DNA of 48,803 nt from a virus (taxonomy: Duplodnaviria; Heunggongvirae; Uroviricota; Caudoviricetes), in the IMG/VR virus record IMGVR_UViG_3300010370_000025. The stretch is one strand, 5' to 3'. Both the position numbers and the translations under genes were made by a program. Each line of letters starts with the position of its first letter. Within the stretch, counting starts at the first letter, position 1. Under the pieces are notes generated by a model. It was not told where the DNA came from and made no database searches. It saw only the letters and a program-made list of their open reading frames with translations. Positions 35,222 to 43,968 of this stretch are shown one piece after another.

Positions 35222-36262
35222 ATGTCGCTCATTGCACGTTTGATTAAGAATTCTACCATTGAAGATACGTCTGTGCTTACAGACTCTAAAGTATATGGTA
35301 AGAAAGATATGATTATTACTAACGTTCCTATGGTGAACGTAGCACTATCAGGTACTGTAGATGGTGGATTGACTCCAGGGCTTACTGTTCTTGCGGGTCC
35401 ATCTAAGCATTTTAAATCTGCTTTCTCTCTTTTAATGGCTAGTGCTTATATGAAGCAATATCCTGATAGTGTACTTCTATTTTACGATTCTGAATTTGGT
35501 ACTCCTCAAGGATATTTTAAGTCGTTTGGTATTGATATGGAGCGTGTCATTCATACTCCTATTACTGATATCGAGCAGCTTAAGTTTGATATTATGAAGC
35601 AGCTTGCTGAGATTGGTCGTGATGATAAGGTTGTTATAGTTATTGACTCTGTTGGTAACCTAGCATCTAAGAAGGAAGTTGAAGATACTCTCAATGAGAA
35701 GTCTGTTGCGGATATGTCTCGTGCTAAGTCTCTTAAGTCTCTTTTCCGTATGGTTACACCTCATTTGACACTTAAGGACATTCCTCTTATTGTAGTCAAT
35801 CATACCTATATGGAAATTGGTATGTACCCGAAGGCTATTGTAGGCGGAGGTACGGGTATCTATTACTCAGCTGATACTATTTGGATTCTCGGTCGCCAAC
35901 AAGATAAGGATGGCGGTGAAATTAATGGTTATCACTTTATCATTAACGTTGAGAAGTCTCGTTATGTTAAAGAGAAGTCAAAGATTCCTATCACAGTATC
36001 ATATGAAGGCGGTATTAAGAAGTGGTCAGGTCTTCTCGACTTAGCTATTGAAGGTGGGTATGTTATTAAGCCATCTAATGGATGGTATAGTGTTATCGAT
36101 AAAGAGACTGGTGAAGTTGGTCCTAAGATGCGCGCAGCTGATATCGAAGACAATAAAGAAGTTTGGAAGCAGCTATTTTCAACAACTGACTTTGCTAAAT
36201 GGATTGCTAATAAGTATTCACTTGTAACTGGACAGCTAGTATCAAACGAAGATGATGTATGA
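35222..36262 (+). CDS. uvsX: UvsX RecA-like recombinase
   Basis: LAGPSKHFKS, FYDSEFG, IDSVGNLAS, NHTY, VGGGTG, VEKSR. Confidence 0.95.
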   Translation: MSLIARLIKNSTIEDTSVLTDSKVYGKKDMIITNVPMVNVALSGTVDGGLTPGLTVLAGPSKHFKSAFSLLMASAYMKQYPDSVLLFYDSEFGTPQGYFKSFGIDMERVIHTPITDIEQLKFDIMKQLAEIGRDDKVVIVIDSVGNLASKKEVEDTLNEKSVADMSRAKSLKSLFRMVTPHLTLKDIPLIVVNHTYMEIGMYPKAIVGGGTGIYYSADTIWILGRQQDKDGGEINGYHFIINVEKSRYVKEKSKIPITVSYEGGIKKWSGLLDLAIEGGYVIKPSNGWYSVIDKETGEVGPKMRAADIEDNKEVWKQLFSTTDFAKWIANKYSLVTGQLVSNEDDV

Positions 36263-36764
36263 TATAGACGAACTTGACCCAGTAGTTCGTAATTGTGACG
36301 GGTGTACAAAGTGCTGTGAAGGTTATCTATATGGGCAATCATATGGTAAGCAGTTTATGCATGGAAGACCCTGTCACTTTGCTTTACTAGGCAAAGGATG
36401 CTCTATCTATGAAGATAGGCCTCATTCACCTTGCCAGACATTTAAATGTGTTTGGGTAATAGATACTAAAAGAGATTTTCCAGAATGGATGAAGCCTTCT
36501 CTATCAAATGTTATTATTGTTCCTAGACATATAAACGATATTCTTTATATTGATGTGGTTGAAGCTGGTGCTAAGATAGATTCTACAGTTCTTAATTGGC
36601 TATTTCTTTATACGCTAGAAAAGAAAGTTAATATGAGAGTGCAAATTGGAGGAGGCCATCATAACTATGGCACAAAAGAATTTCAACATGCAATGAAACA
36701 GCTACACGATGCTCAAACTAAGGTTATTGAAAATAGTACCGATAGTGTTGAAACTAGCTCATAA
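36252..36764 (+). CDS. YkgJ-like CxxCxxCC cysteine-cluster protein
   Basis: CDGCTKCC, CHF, CSIYEDRP..PCQTFKC. Confidence 0.7.
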   Translation: MMYDIDELDPVVRNCDGCTKCCEGYLYGQSYGKQFMHGRPCHFALLGKGCSIYEDRPHSPCQTFKCVWVIDTKRDFPEWMKPSLSNVIIVPRHINDILYIDVVEAGAKIDSTVLNWLFLYTLEKKVNMRVQIGGGHHNYGTKEFQHAMKQLHDAQTKVIENSTDSVETSS

Positions 36765-36924
36765 TGTTTTTAGAGGTACAGCTTTATATAAAACAGAAAC
36801 TCTAGTATTCATTTGGCATCCTAGAGATAGATTTTTTGTTTGGAAAGAGTTAAACTATACTGGAGTTACAGTTTATTATGAATTTAAAATTGGACCTTTT
36901 GTATTATGGACGAAATTAAAATAG
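36709..36924 (+). CDS. hypothetical protein (start uncertain)
   Basis: Fills the gap between flanking genes. Confidence 0.35.
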   Translation: MLKLRLLKIVPIVLKLAHNVFRGTALYKTETLVFIWHPRDRFFVWKELNYTGVTVYYEFKIGPFVLWTKLK

Positions 36925-37268
36925 CAGATAGAGATTTTTACAAGATTATTGTTAGCGATAACTTTGCTACAGGTGAAGGTCGTACAGTTTATATTCTTAT
37001 TACTAGAGCGTATCCTCATACAACAGATTATGATGAGGATTTTAAAGTAAAATCTTCTTCTACTCCAGAATTTAGAGCTATGAGAGAGTTTATAGATAAG
37101 CATGGAGCCTGGGTGGCGACTATAGCTAATTTTATCACAAAAGAAGATCTTCTCAAAAGATATAAGCATTACTTGCCTGAATATGCAATAAAGCTTATTA
37201 TGGATGATAGTATTGATGGGCCAGGTAATTTTAATTACAGCGCATCATTTCACGTTAATTATTCTTGA
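36906..37268 (+). CDS. hypothetical protein
   Basis: 120-aa ORF in operon direction. Confidence 0.6.
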   Translation: MDEIKIADRDFYKIIVSDNFATGEGRTVYILITRAYPHTTDYDEDFKVKSSSTPEFRAMREFIDKHGAWVATIANFITKEDLLKRYKHYLPEYAIKLIMDDSIDGPGNFNYSASFHVNYS

Positions 37269-37274
37269 GGCATT

Positions 37275-38645
37275 ATGATTGAGCATACCATTCTATCACA
37301 TCTTATATTCAATGAAGCATTTTGTAGGAAGGTTACTCCATTCCTTAAGGATGAATACTTCCAGAATCTATCTGAGAAGACTGTCTATAAGGTTATTAGC
37401 GATTACATTTTAAAGTATAACAACCCTCCTACGAGAGAGGTGCTTCAGATTGAATTGAAGAACCGAGAGGGTCTTAGTGAGAATACCTATAAAGAAGCTA
37501 AGCGTATTATTGAAGACTTGCAGATAGATAATACTGAGATGCAATGGTTGTTAGATTCAACCGAGAAGTTCTGCCAAGAGAAAGCAATTTACAATGCGAT
37601 TATGGCATCGATTAAGATCCTCGACGATAAGTCCGGAGCTGCCAGCACTGGTTCAATCCCCAATCTTCTCAGCGATGCTTTGGGGGTTAGCTTTGATATT
37701 TCTATCGGTCATGACTACTTTCTTAATAGCGATGATCGATTTGATTTCTATCATCGCAAAGAAGAACATATTCCCTTCGACCTGGAATTCTTTAATAAGA
37801 TTACGAAAGGCGGTTTGGTCCGTAAGACTCTTAATATCGCTCTGGCCGGCACTGGTGTTGGTAAGTCTCTGTTCATGTGTCATTGTGCTTCTTACAATCT
37901 GACACAGGGCAAGAATGTACTCTATATCACTATGGAAATGTCTGAAGAGAAGATCGCTGAGCGTATCGATGCTAATCTCCTTAACGTTACCACAGATGAG
38001 CTTACAGTATTACCTAAAGAAGCATATGATAAGAAAATTAATCGTGTAAAAGAGAAGACTGTAGGTAAGCTGGTTATTAAGGAATATCCAACTGCTTCAG
38101 CTGGCTCTGCACATTTTAGGCATTTGATCAATGAACTTAGAATTAAGCGCAATTTTACTCCTGATATCATCTATATCGACTATCTTAACATTTGTTGTAG
38201 TTCTCGTATTAGGGCTGGTGCAAACGTCAATTCTTATCAATATGTCAAGGCGATCGCAGAAGAGCTCAGAGGATTGGCCGTGGAATTCAACGTCCCAGTC
38301 GTATCAGCAACCCAAACAACCAGATCTGGCTACGGTAATTCTGACGTCGAACTCACAGATACATCAGAATCGTTCGGTCTCCCAGCAACAGCAGACTTAA
38401 TGTTTGCTCTTATCTCATCAGAAGAGTTAGAGGATCTCAATCAGATTATGGTTAAGCAATTAAAGAACCGCTATAATGATCCGACACTCTATAAGCGATT
38501 CGTTGTAGGTATTGATAGAGCTAAAATGAGACTTTATAATGTTGAGGAATCAGCCCAGGATAACATTATGCCGGATGAGAAGGTAATACAATTGAACTCT
38601 AATTCTGAACAGAAGAAGTCTAAGTTTAAGGACTTGCTTGTATGA
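37275..38645 (+). CDS. 41: T4 gp41-like replicative DNA helicase
   Basis: Walker A AGTGVGKS, TMEMSEE, KEYPT, Walker B IYIDY, SATQTTRSG, SESFG, QLKNRY. Confidence 0.95.
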   Translation: MIEHTILSHLIFNEAFCRKVTPFLKDEYFQNLSEKTVYKVISDYILKYNNPPTREVLQIELKNREGLSENTYKEAKRIIEDLQIDNTEMQWLLDSTEKFCQEKAIYNAIMASIKILDDKSGAASTGSIPNLLSDALGVSFDISIGHDYFLNSDDRFDFYHRKEEHIPFDLEFFNKITKGGLVRKTLNIALAGTGVGKSLFMCHCASYNLTQGKNVLYITMEMSEEKIAERIDANLLNVTTDELTVLPKEAYDKKINRVKEKTVGKLVIKEYPTASAGSAHFRHLINELRIKRNFTPDIIYIDYLNICCSSRIRAGANVNSYQYVKAIAEELRGLAVEFNVPVVSATQTTRSGYGNSDVELTDTSESFGLPATADLMFALISSEELEDLNQIMVKQLKNRYNDPTLYKRFVVGIDRAKMRLYNVEESAQDNIMPDEKVIQLNSNSEQKKSKFKDLLV

Positions 38646-38815
38646 CAGAAGAAGAGTATAAGAAAGAACTAGATGCATATATGAAAGAGCAATACAGTAC
38701 TTTCAAGCCTAAACCTTCTGGAATGTTCGGGCATTGGGCATGGTATGCAGTAACAAAGCGAGAGTTCAATAAGATGCTTAGTCGACAAGGCATTAAAATT
38801 ATTAAGTCTAAGTAG
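38642..38815 (+). CDS. hypothetical 57-aa protein, absent from ORF track
   Basis: ATGA overlap with the gp41 stop. MTEEEYKKELDAY... Confidence 0.5.
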   Translation: MTEEEYKKELDAYMKEQYSTFKPKPSGMFGHWAWYAVTKREFNKMLSRQGIKIIKSK

Positions 38816-38838
38816 CTATTATATAAGGAGTGTATACA

Positions 38839-39072
38839 ATGAGTGAACGTGATTACAACAATATTGATGGTGATGGTAAATTCTGGCTTTATATCTGGCA
38901 GACAGTAGCAGCTACAGTAGTATCAGTCCTTTTAATGGCATTTGTCTGGCATCATTATGATAATGAGAGACGAATGGTAGGATGGATAGAATGCGTAAAA
39001 GCAAACGGACAGCCATTAGATGTCCAGAACTACGGAGCGAATGGTACAACATTCACCTGTATTAAAAAGTAA
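38839..39072 (+). CDS. small membrane protein
   Basis: SD AAGGAG, one TM, two Cys. Confidence 0.55.
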   Translation: MSERDYNNIDGDGKFWLYIWQTVAATVVSVLLMAFVWHHYDNERRMVGWIECVKANGQPLDVQNYGANGTTFTCIKK

Positions 39073-39073
39073 G

Positions 39074-39094
39074 AGAGCGCCGTTAAGGCGCTCT
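39074..39094 (+). terminator. hairpin, possible terminator
   Basis: AGAGCGCC-GTTAA-GGCGCTCT with a weak U-tract. Confidence 0.45.
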
Positions 39095-39128
39095 TCCCAT
39101 ATCTATTACTGATTCTAAGTATATATTA

Positions 39129-39136
39129 TATAAATA
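39129..39136 (+). promoter_or_regulatory. T4-type late promoter
   Basis: TATAAATA upstream of the NUMOD3 gene. Confidence 0.55.
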
Positions 39137-39188
39137 CTCCTATAGTTATTCTAACTAGGTATCATACGAAAACATAGGAGTTCTGTGG

Positions 39189-39683
39189 GTGTTTTACATA
39201 TTAAAAATAAAGCTCGACAATGAGAAATACTATCTCGATATAAGAGAAGACAAAGTACCAAATAACTCCGAGATACTCTTTAAGACAAAGAATCGCGATG
39301 ATATCAGAGGTATGGCCGAAGCTATCCATAGAAACACGCTGCAAGATCCTAATCGCGTATTCGATCCTCAAAAGAAACCAGAGCGAAAAAGTTTTAAGCA
39401 TACTAAAGAAGCTAGAGAGAAGATACGCGAATATCGCCTAGGAAAAACCTGGAATAAAGAAACGAAGGATAAGATCTCTAATACTATTAAAGATCAATAC
39501 AGATCCGGTAAGAGAAAAGCAACAAAATCTAATCTATATCAGACATTCTCAAAAGAAACGCGTGCTAAAATGCAGGAAGCGCATAAGAAAAGAGAGCTTC
39601 TTACATGCTCTCATTGTGGAGAAGCCATGGCGATTAACATGTATAAGCGCTGGCATGGAGACAATTGTAAGTTCAATTGGTAG
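39189..39683 (+). CDS. NUMOD3-repeat, homing-endonuclease-derived protein (degenerate GIY-YIG-like)
   Basis: HTKEAREKI, WNKETKDKIS and FSKETRAKM repeats, plus terminal CSHC...KRWHGDNCK. Confidence 0.7.
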   Translation: MFYILKIKLDNEKYYLDIREDKVPNNSEILFKTKNRDDIRGMAEAIHRNTLQDPNRVFDPQKKPERKSFKHTKEAREKIREYRLGKTWNKETKDKISNTIKDQYRSGKRKATKSNLYQTFSKETRAKMQEAHKKRELLTCSHCGEAMAINMYKRWHGDNCKFNW

Positions 39684-39849
39684 GCTTATTCAATATGATC
39701 TGTTGAATACTGGCAGACCTCACTAGAGGCCATACAGTCTTGCCATTGTTAGTCGGACGAATGATATAGGTCCTAGCCTCTGGCAGCCTTAGCCATTCCT
39801 CTCTAGAAAGCTTCTTAGGCTTCTTCTTAAAAAGATCTATGATGTTCAC
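39673..39849 (-). CDS. hypothetical 58-aa protein (GTG start), absent from ORF track
   Basis: Overlaps the stop of the upstream minus-strand gene. Confidence 0.4.
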   Translation of the reverse strand: MNIIDLFKKKPKKLSREEWLRLPEARTYIIRPTNNGKTVWPLVRSASIQQIILNKPTN

Positions 39850-40034
39850 TTAAGCACATCCTCAATGAGCTCATCCATAGTATTGTACTTGTCTTGCTTG
39901 GAATGGCTAGCTACAGTCTGATATCTGTTAAACTTAACGTAGCCTTCACTAGCTAGCATTACACCTACGATAAGACCTAGCATGAATGCAGTTAGCGATA
40001 CAAGAGTAAGCAAAATCTTAATAAAGTTATCCAT
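39846..40034 (-). CDS. small membrane protein
   Basis: Likely start MDNFIK, one TM. Confidence 0.5.
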   Translation of the reverse strand: MDNFIKILLTLVSLTAFMLGLIVGVMLASEGYVKFNRYQTVASHSKQDKYNTMDELIEDVLK

Positions 40035-40308
40035 TGTAGGCTTCCTCGGCAAGCGTCCAGAGAACACGGCGCGGCTCAGTATCTGCAGCGCCAAATTCCT
40101 TATACTGCATTAGGACCTTCTCCATAGCAGCTACAAACTGCTGGCGACCTAAACGGCATTCGTTAAAGTAAAACTTGACGTCTTTGTTGATCTTATCAGC
40201 AACAGCTTCAATCTCCTCGCGAGGGAAAGAGTTTGTATAGAGCTCCCATTGGCTCGCAGAGAGATTGCACTCAACGTGCTTAACCATCTCAACCCTAAAG
40301 TTGTTCAT
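40027..40308 (-). CDS. hypothetical early protein
   Basis: Coupled ORF with G/C-ending codons. Confidence 0.65.
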   Translation of the reverse strand: MNNFRVEMVKHVECNLSASQWELYTNSFPREEIEAVADKINKDVKFYFNECRLGRQQFVAAMEKVLMQYKEFGAADTEPRRVLWTLAEEAYNG

Positions 40309-40679
40309 TAGATCTTCACCTTCACATACATATCATACTCTTCTTCAGTATAGCTAAACATTACCATTTCATTCTGTTCAACAATACCATAAAACTCTTC
40401 TACATACTCAGCAGTATCTTCAATCTCTTCTTCACTAGCATCTTCATTTACCAGCATCTCAAAACATTCCTTCTCAGAAGGAATAGCAACACATTCCATA
40501 TCCAGAGGACCAATATACTCAATCTCATCCAGATAGCCGCGAGAACCAGACATCACTCTCCAAATGCCACTCTTATTAATCTCAGAGAGAGACTCCTTAT
40601 CATAACCCGTCACCTTAGATACCATATCCATATCCAAAACAGGGAGATAAGAGACATTCAGTTCGCTAGATCCAGTCAT
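40308..40679 (-). CDS. acidic hypothetical early protein
   Basis: Very Glu/Asp-rich, directly after a promoter. Confidence 0.65.
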   Translation of the reverse strand: MTGSSELNVSYLPVLDMDMVSKVTGYDKESLSEINKSGIWRVMSGSRGYLDEIEYIGPLDMECVAIPSEKECFEMLVNEDASEEEIEDTAEYVEEFYGIVEQNEMVMFSYTEEEYDMYVKVKI

Positions 40680-40712
40680 TTCCATTTCCTCTTTGTTTCA
40701 GCTTATATCTTA

Positions 40713-40741
40713 TCTTAGGCTACTTTTATTAAAAAAGCAAC
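40713..40741 (-). promoter_or_regulatory. early promoter
   Basis: GTTGCT-N17-CTAAGA. Confidence 0.65.
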
Positions 40742-40744
40742 TAC

Positions 40745-40915
40745 TTATTCCCATCCAGCATGGAACTTTTCCAGTACCTCATGCACGTAGCCTTTATCAG
40801 CGATCATGTAAGTGTTCACATAAGCAAACACCTCATCTTCAGAGGAGAAGCCGCGCTCCAGAGCTTCATAGACCATGTTTTCCATCTCGATCAACCAGTC
40901 CTTAACCTTAGCCAT
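40745..40915 (-). CDS. hypothetical 56-aa early protein, absent from ORF track
   Basis: MAKVKDWLIEMENMVYEAL... SD GAGGAG, directly after a promoter. Confidence 0.6.
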   Translation of the reverse strand: MAKVKDWLIEMENMVYEALERGFSSEDEVFAYVNTYMIADKGYVHEVLEKFHAGWE

Positions 40916-40942
40916 CATCCCATCTCCTCATCTTATATCTTA

Positions 40943-40971
40943 TATTAGGCTGCTTTTGTAATAAAAGCAAC
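40943..40971 (-). promoter_or_regulatory. early promoter
   Basis: AAAAAAACA-GTTGCT-N17-CTAATA. Confidence 0.7.
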
Positions 40972-40989
40972 TGTTTTTTTCCTTAAAGA

Positions 40990-41286
40990 TTACAATGAGT
41001 TAGCGGCACGCTTAGATAGAGAATACTCACGAATTGCATCGATATCACCCCAGCAATGGCCAGGAGCTCGCATATAAATCCAGGCTGCAATATCGCGAAG
41101 ACACTGAGAATTATCATGATCCGCTCTGCTAATAGCACCCATCAGATCATTAGTGAGAACTGATATGAGAAAATCGCCAGGCATGATGCCATGAATGATG
41201 TAACGCTCTAGAGCACCGCGAGTGTGTTCAGGGATGTTATAACCAGAGAAGTTAAGACTTCCGTTTAGACGATAGACGTTTTCCAT
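40990..41286 (-). CDS. phage hypothetical protein
   Basis: IPEHTRGALERYI...PGDFL.SVL.NDL...APGHCWG. Confidence 0.7.
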   Translation of the reverse strand: MENVYRLNGSLNFSGYNIPEHTRGALERYIIHGIMPGDFLISVLTNDLMGAISRADHDNSQCLRDIAAWIYMRAPGHCWGDIDAIREYSLSKRAANSL

Positions 41287-41615
41287 TATGCTTGTGCCTT
41301 CAGCTTAGCAGCTTCGTTCAACTGCTTCCAGTACTTAGCGATGCGAGGAGTACCGCGGACATCAGTCTTAAGCCACTGTGCGACCTGCCAATCGTGAAGC
41401 ATCTTGTGCTTGATGAAGAACTTAGCGGTGATAGAGCCCTGACGAGCATCAGCCTGTGTGAACCCACGATAGTTGGTCGTGGTGGTCGTGTTAGCCTGCT
41501 TCTCATCTTCGAGCTGGCGATTGAACAGCACCAAGCAAGCACGGCCTACAATATGCATACGCTTTACTTCGTCTGCAGTGTTGATCATCTCAACCAAGGA
41601 CTCTTTCGTGATCAT
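41286..41615 (-). CDS. phage hypothetical protein
   Basis: SD GGAGAG, IVGRACLVLFNRQ...PRIAKYWKQL. Confidence 0.7.
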   Translation of the reverse strand: MITKESLVEMINTADEVKRMHIVGRACLVLFNRQLEDEKQANTTTTTNYRGFTQADARQGSITAKFFIKHKMLHDWQVAQWLKTDVRGTPRIAKYWKQLNEAAKLKAQA

Positions 41616-41643
41616 CGCTATCTCTCCATTGCTCATATTATAA

Positions 41644-41672
41644 ATATAGCGGTTTTTGGAAAAAAGTGCAAC
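41644..41672 (-). promoter_or_regulatory. early promoter
   Basis: GTTGCA-N17-CTATAT. Confidence 0.7.
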
Positions 41673-41674
41673 TG

Positions 41675-42082
41675 TTAAGCTGCCTCTTTTTCCAACTTTT
41701 TTTCCAGCTCTTTGCAGGCCTGGTTGAAGACATAGCTCTTATCATAAGCCAAGCCCATCGTGTAGCACACCCATTCGCCACCATAGCGCAGGTCCATCTC
41801 AGACGGGTTCAGCGACTCCACTACCCAGCGGATAGCCTCCTGCTCACTACGAGCACCAAACCGCAGGTTCTGCTTGACCTGCTCCTGGAAGCTATCCCAA
41901 GCCTTTGCCTTCTCGGCATTATCTTCCTCGATCTGCCGGTCCAGGCACTTGACCAGATAGTCCCACTCAGCCTGGCGCTCTTCGTCAGTGGTGGCGGCAT
42001 CATAGAACCAGTGACCGCGCGGACGGAAGCCGTAGACATCCTTATGAAGATCAGAGAACAGTTCAGTAGAGAAGGTGTACAT
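41675..42082 (-). CDS. T4-like phage hypothetical protein
   Basis: FSDLHKDVYGFRPRG motif. SD GGAG before ATG 42082. Confidence 0.75.
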   Translation of the reverse strand: MYTFSTELFSDLHKDVYGFRPRGHWFYDAATTDEERQAEWDYLVKCLDRQIEEDNAEKAKAWDSFQEQVKQNLRFGARSEQEAIRWVVESLNPSEMDLRYGGEWVCYTMGLAYDKSYVFNQACKELEKKLEKEAA

Positions 42083-42083
42083 C

Positions 42084-42311
42084 TTAGATGCTCCAGTTAA
42101 TTTGCATGCCAACGTTGCACTCTGCGTTACGCTTAGCCGATTCGAAGTCTACGAAAGGACCAGCAGAAGTAAAGTCGTCGTCCAGGCGGCCTTCAGGAGT
42201 AAACACCATATACTGGCCACCATACACTTTTGAGATACGAACCGATTTGATGCTATTAGTAGCAATGAAGTGGTCTTTGTTGATCGTCTCGAAGGTCATC
42301 ATCTCATCCAT
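42084..42311 (-). CDS. hypothetical early protein
   Basis: SD GAGGAG, follows a promoter. Confidence 0.6.
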   Translation of the reverse strand: MDEMMTFETINKDHFIATNSIKSVRISKVYGGQYMVFTPEGRLDDDFTSAGPFVDFESAKRNAECNVGMQINWSI

Positions 42312-42330
42312 CTCCTCATCTTATACCTTA

Positions 42331-42359
42331 GAATAGCCTATTCTGAATAAGATGGCAAC
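42331..42359 (-). promoter_or_regulatory. early promoter
   Basis: AAAAAAACA-GTTGCC-N17-CTATTC. Confidence 0.7.
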
Positions 42360-42463
42360 TGTTTTTTTCCTAAAAACGCACTTTTTTTCTTTAATGTTTT
42401 CAATAGGTTAGCAGAACGGAATTCGCCAACACTCCCTTCAAGGCTCAGCCGAATCATCTATTA

Positions 42464-42491
42464 TAATAGCTGCTTTCGTAAAAAAAGCAAC
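42464..42491 (-). promoter_or_regulatory. early promoter
   Basis: AACA-GTTGCT-N16-CTATTA. Confidence 0.55.
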
Positions 42492-42493
42492 TG

Positions 42494-42643
42494 TTATTTT
42501 TCCAGGATTCTCTTAATCCAATTGAGCAGCGCTCGAACGGTTCTCAGCTCATCTGCTGTCATCTCGCCCATATGGAGCAATAGATCTTGATTTGAAGCTT
42601 TGCAAAGCTTCATGACTTCTTCAAGTTTCTCTTTGTCTGTCAT
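42494..42643 (-). CDS. hypothetical protein
   Basis: Likely start MTDKEKL, LHMGEMTADELRTVRA. Confidence 0.55.
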   Translation of the reverse strand: MTDKEKLEEVMKLCKASNQDLLLHMGEMTADELRTVRALLNWIKRILEK

Positions 42644-42647
42644 TTTG

Positions 42648-42845
42648 TTAGCAATTCGAAAGAATATCACGAGCCTTTTCCAGGCCGATGATTTCAGCGA
42701 GATCATCGAGGATGCCATCCCAAGAGAAGTAGCCCTTCCCGGAGTGATGTTTTTCGACGATAGTATGCACCACGACTGCATTCAGCTCTTGATCCTTATC
42801 ATTATCAAGAATGCAGTTGGTGAAAGTCAGAACAAAGTTTTCCAT
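42648..42845 (-). CDS. hypothetical protein
   Basis: In-operon ORF. Confidence 0.55.
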   Translation of the reverse strand: MENFVLTFTNCILDNDKDQELNAVVVHTIVEKHHSGKGYFSWDGILDDLAEIIGLEKARDILSNC

Positions 42846-42849
42846 AATC

Positions 42850-43035
42850 TTACCTCACGAACGTCATAGTCACACCACCATCAGGGTGAATGTGCTGAGA
42901 TTTAAGCTTCCAGCCAGCCTTAACCAGCTCATCAGCGCGCTTAATGCGATAGTGCCTAGACTTGCTAGTCACAACACGCTTATCAAGATACGCATCTTGC
43001 ATCTTAAAATAGTCCTCTGAGAGCATCAAAACCAT
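42850..43035 (-). CDS. hypothetical protein
   Basis: SD GAGG before ATG 43035. Confidence 0.5.
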   Translation of the reverse strand: MVLMLSEDYFKMQDAYLDKRVVTSKSRHYRIKRADELVKAGWKLKSQHIHPDGGVTMTFVR

Positions 43036-43042
43036 ATTATCC

Positions 43043-43264
43043 TCAATCAAAGTAAACGGTAAGAGCGCGATCCTGACCATACGAAAGGTTCATATAGACA
43101 CCTTCACAGATATCGTCTTTCGAAGGGCTATAGGACTCCCACTTCTTCAGAAAGCGCTTGACACGCTTTTCGAACTTAGGTTCGCCAGGGTAGGTATACT
43201 CACCTGCGCAACCACAACGGCAGATGCGATCGCGTCCCAGATAGATCTTAGTGATCTTTTCCAT
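43043..43264 (-). CDS. hypothetical protein with CRCGC motif
   Basis: YLGRDRICRCGCAGEY. Confidence 0.65.
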   Translation of the reverse strand: MEKITKIYLGRDRICRCGCAGEYTYPGEPKFEKRVKRFLKKWESYSPSKDDICEGVYMNLSYGQDRALTVYFD

Positions 43265-43265
43265 A

Positions 43266-43514
43266 TTAAGCAGCCCTCTTCTGAGTCATCATTTCCGAGA
43301 GAATATACTTCGCAACGTTCAGTTGCTTGCGCACTTCTTCAGCACGCGGATTCAAACCACCAGCACCACCCAAACCGATCAGCTCCTGGCAATCCGAGAG
43401 AATCGACATCACAACCATCTCTTGTCCAGAGAGCTTTGCAGTGATCGAGTTCATATACTCTTCTTTGATCGTATCCACCGACATGCCATACACCTGAGCT
43501 TCACGTTCGTTCAT
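43266..43514 (-). CDS. phage hypothetical protein
   Basis: SD GGAG, MVVMSILSDCQEL...RKQLNVAKYIL. Confidence 0.65.
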   Translation of the reverse strand: MNEREAQVYGMSVDTIKEEYMNSITAKLSGQEMVVMSILSDCQELIGLGGAGGLNPRAEEVRKQLNVAKYILSEMMTQKRAA

Positions 43515-43542
43515 CACATCATCTCCATTCATCATATTATTA

Positions 43543-43571
43543 ATATCGGCTCAGATTGTAATTAAATCAAC
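43543..43571 (-). promoter_or_regulatory. early promoter
   Basis: AAAAAAACA-GTTGAT-N17-CGATAT. Confidence 0.6.
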
Positions 43572-43610
43572 TGTTTTTTTCCTAAAAAATTGTGCAATAA
43601 TTACAAGGAG

Positions 43611-43790
43611 TTAGTAACACATTCCATGCATTACATCTTCCTTACTCTCTACAATATCCTCAATCATTCCCTCAATCATCTTCAATTCTTCCTTTTTCTC
43701 TTCATTATAATTCTCTAAGTTAGAATTTTGGATTAACTCCTTGATAAGATTGAGTTGTTCCACAGAGATGATAATTTCGCGAACTTCCAT
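43611..43790 (-). CDS. hypothetical protein
   Basis: SD AGGAG before MEVREII. Confidence 0.55.
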   Translation of the reverse strand: MEVREIIISVEQLNLIKELIQNSNLENYNEEKKEELKMIEGMIEDIVESKEDVMHGMCY

Positions 43791-43856
43791 AGGTTTTCTC
43801 CTGTTGATTCCTAATCGTATGCTATTTCTGTAATAAAAGCAAGCAAAAAGAAAATC

Positions 43857-43898
43857 CAATGATTTCAAGGTGTTAGTGCTAACCTATTGATATCATTG
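43857..43898. repeat. 20-bp imperfect inverted repeat made of two IHF-like boxes
   Basis: CAATGATTTCAAGGTGTTAG-TG-CTAACCTATTGATATCATTG. The right arm contains TATCAATAGGTTA (minus strand), an exact WATCAANNNNTTR match. Confidence 0.75.
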
Positions 43899-43968
43899 AT
43901 GTAATTTTTTAGTTGCATTTATTACGGAATGTCGTTATTATCATAAAATAATGAAACGGAGATATCCA

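Noticed and set aside
30672-38645. Intein or intron in gp43, uvsX or gp41
   Set aside because: All three have normal lengths (840, about 346 and 456 aa) with contiguous motifs.
41639-41646. TATAAATA late promoter on the plus strand
   Set aside because: It points against the local minus-strand genes and overlaps the -10 region of a minus-strand early promoter, so it is probably incidental.
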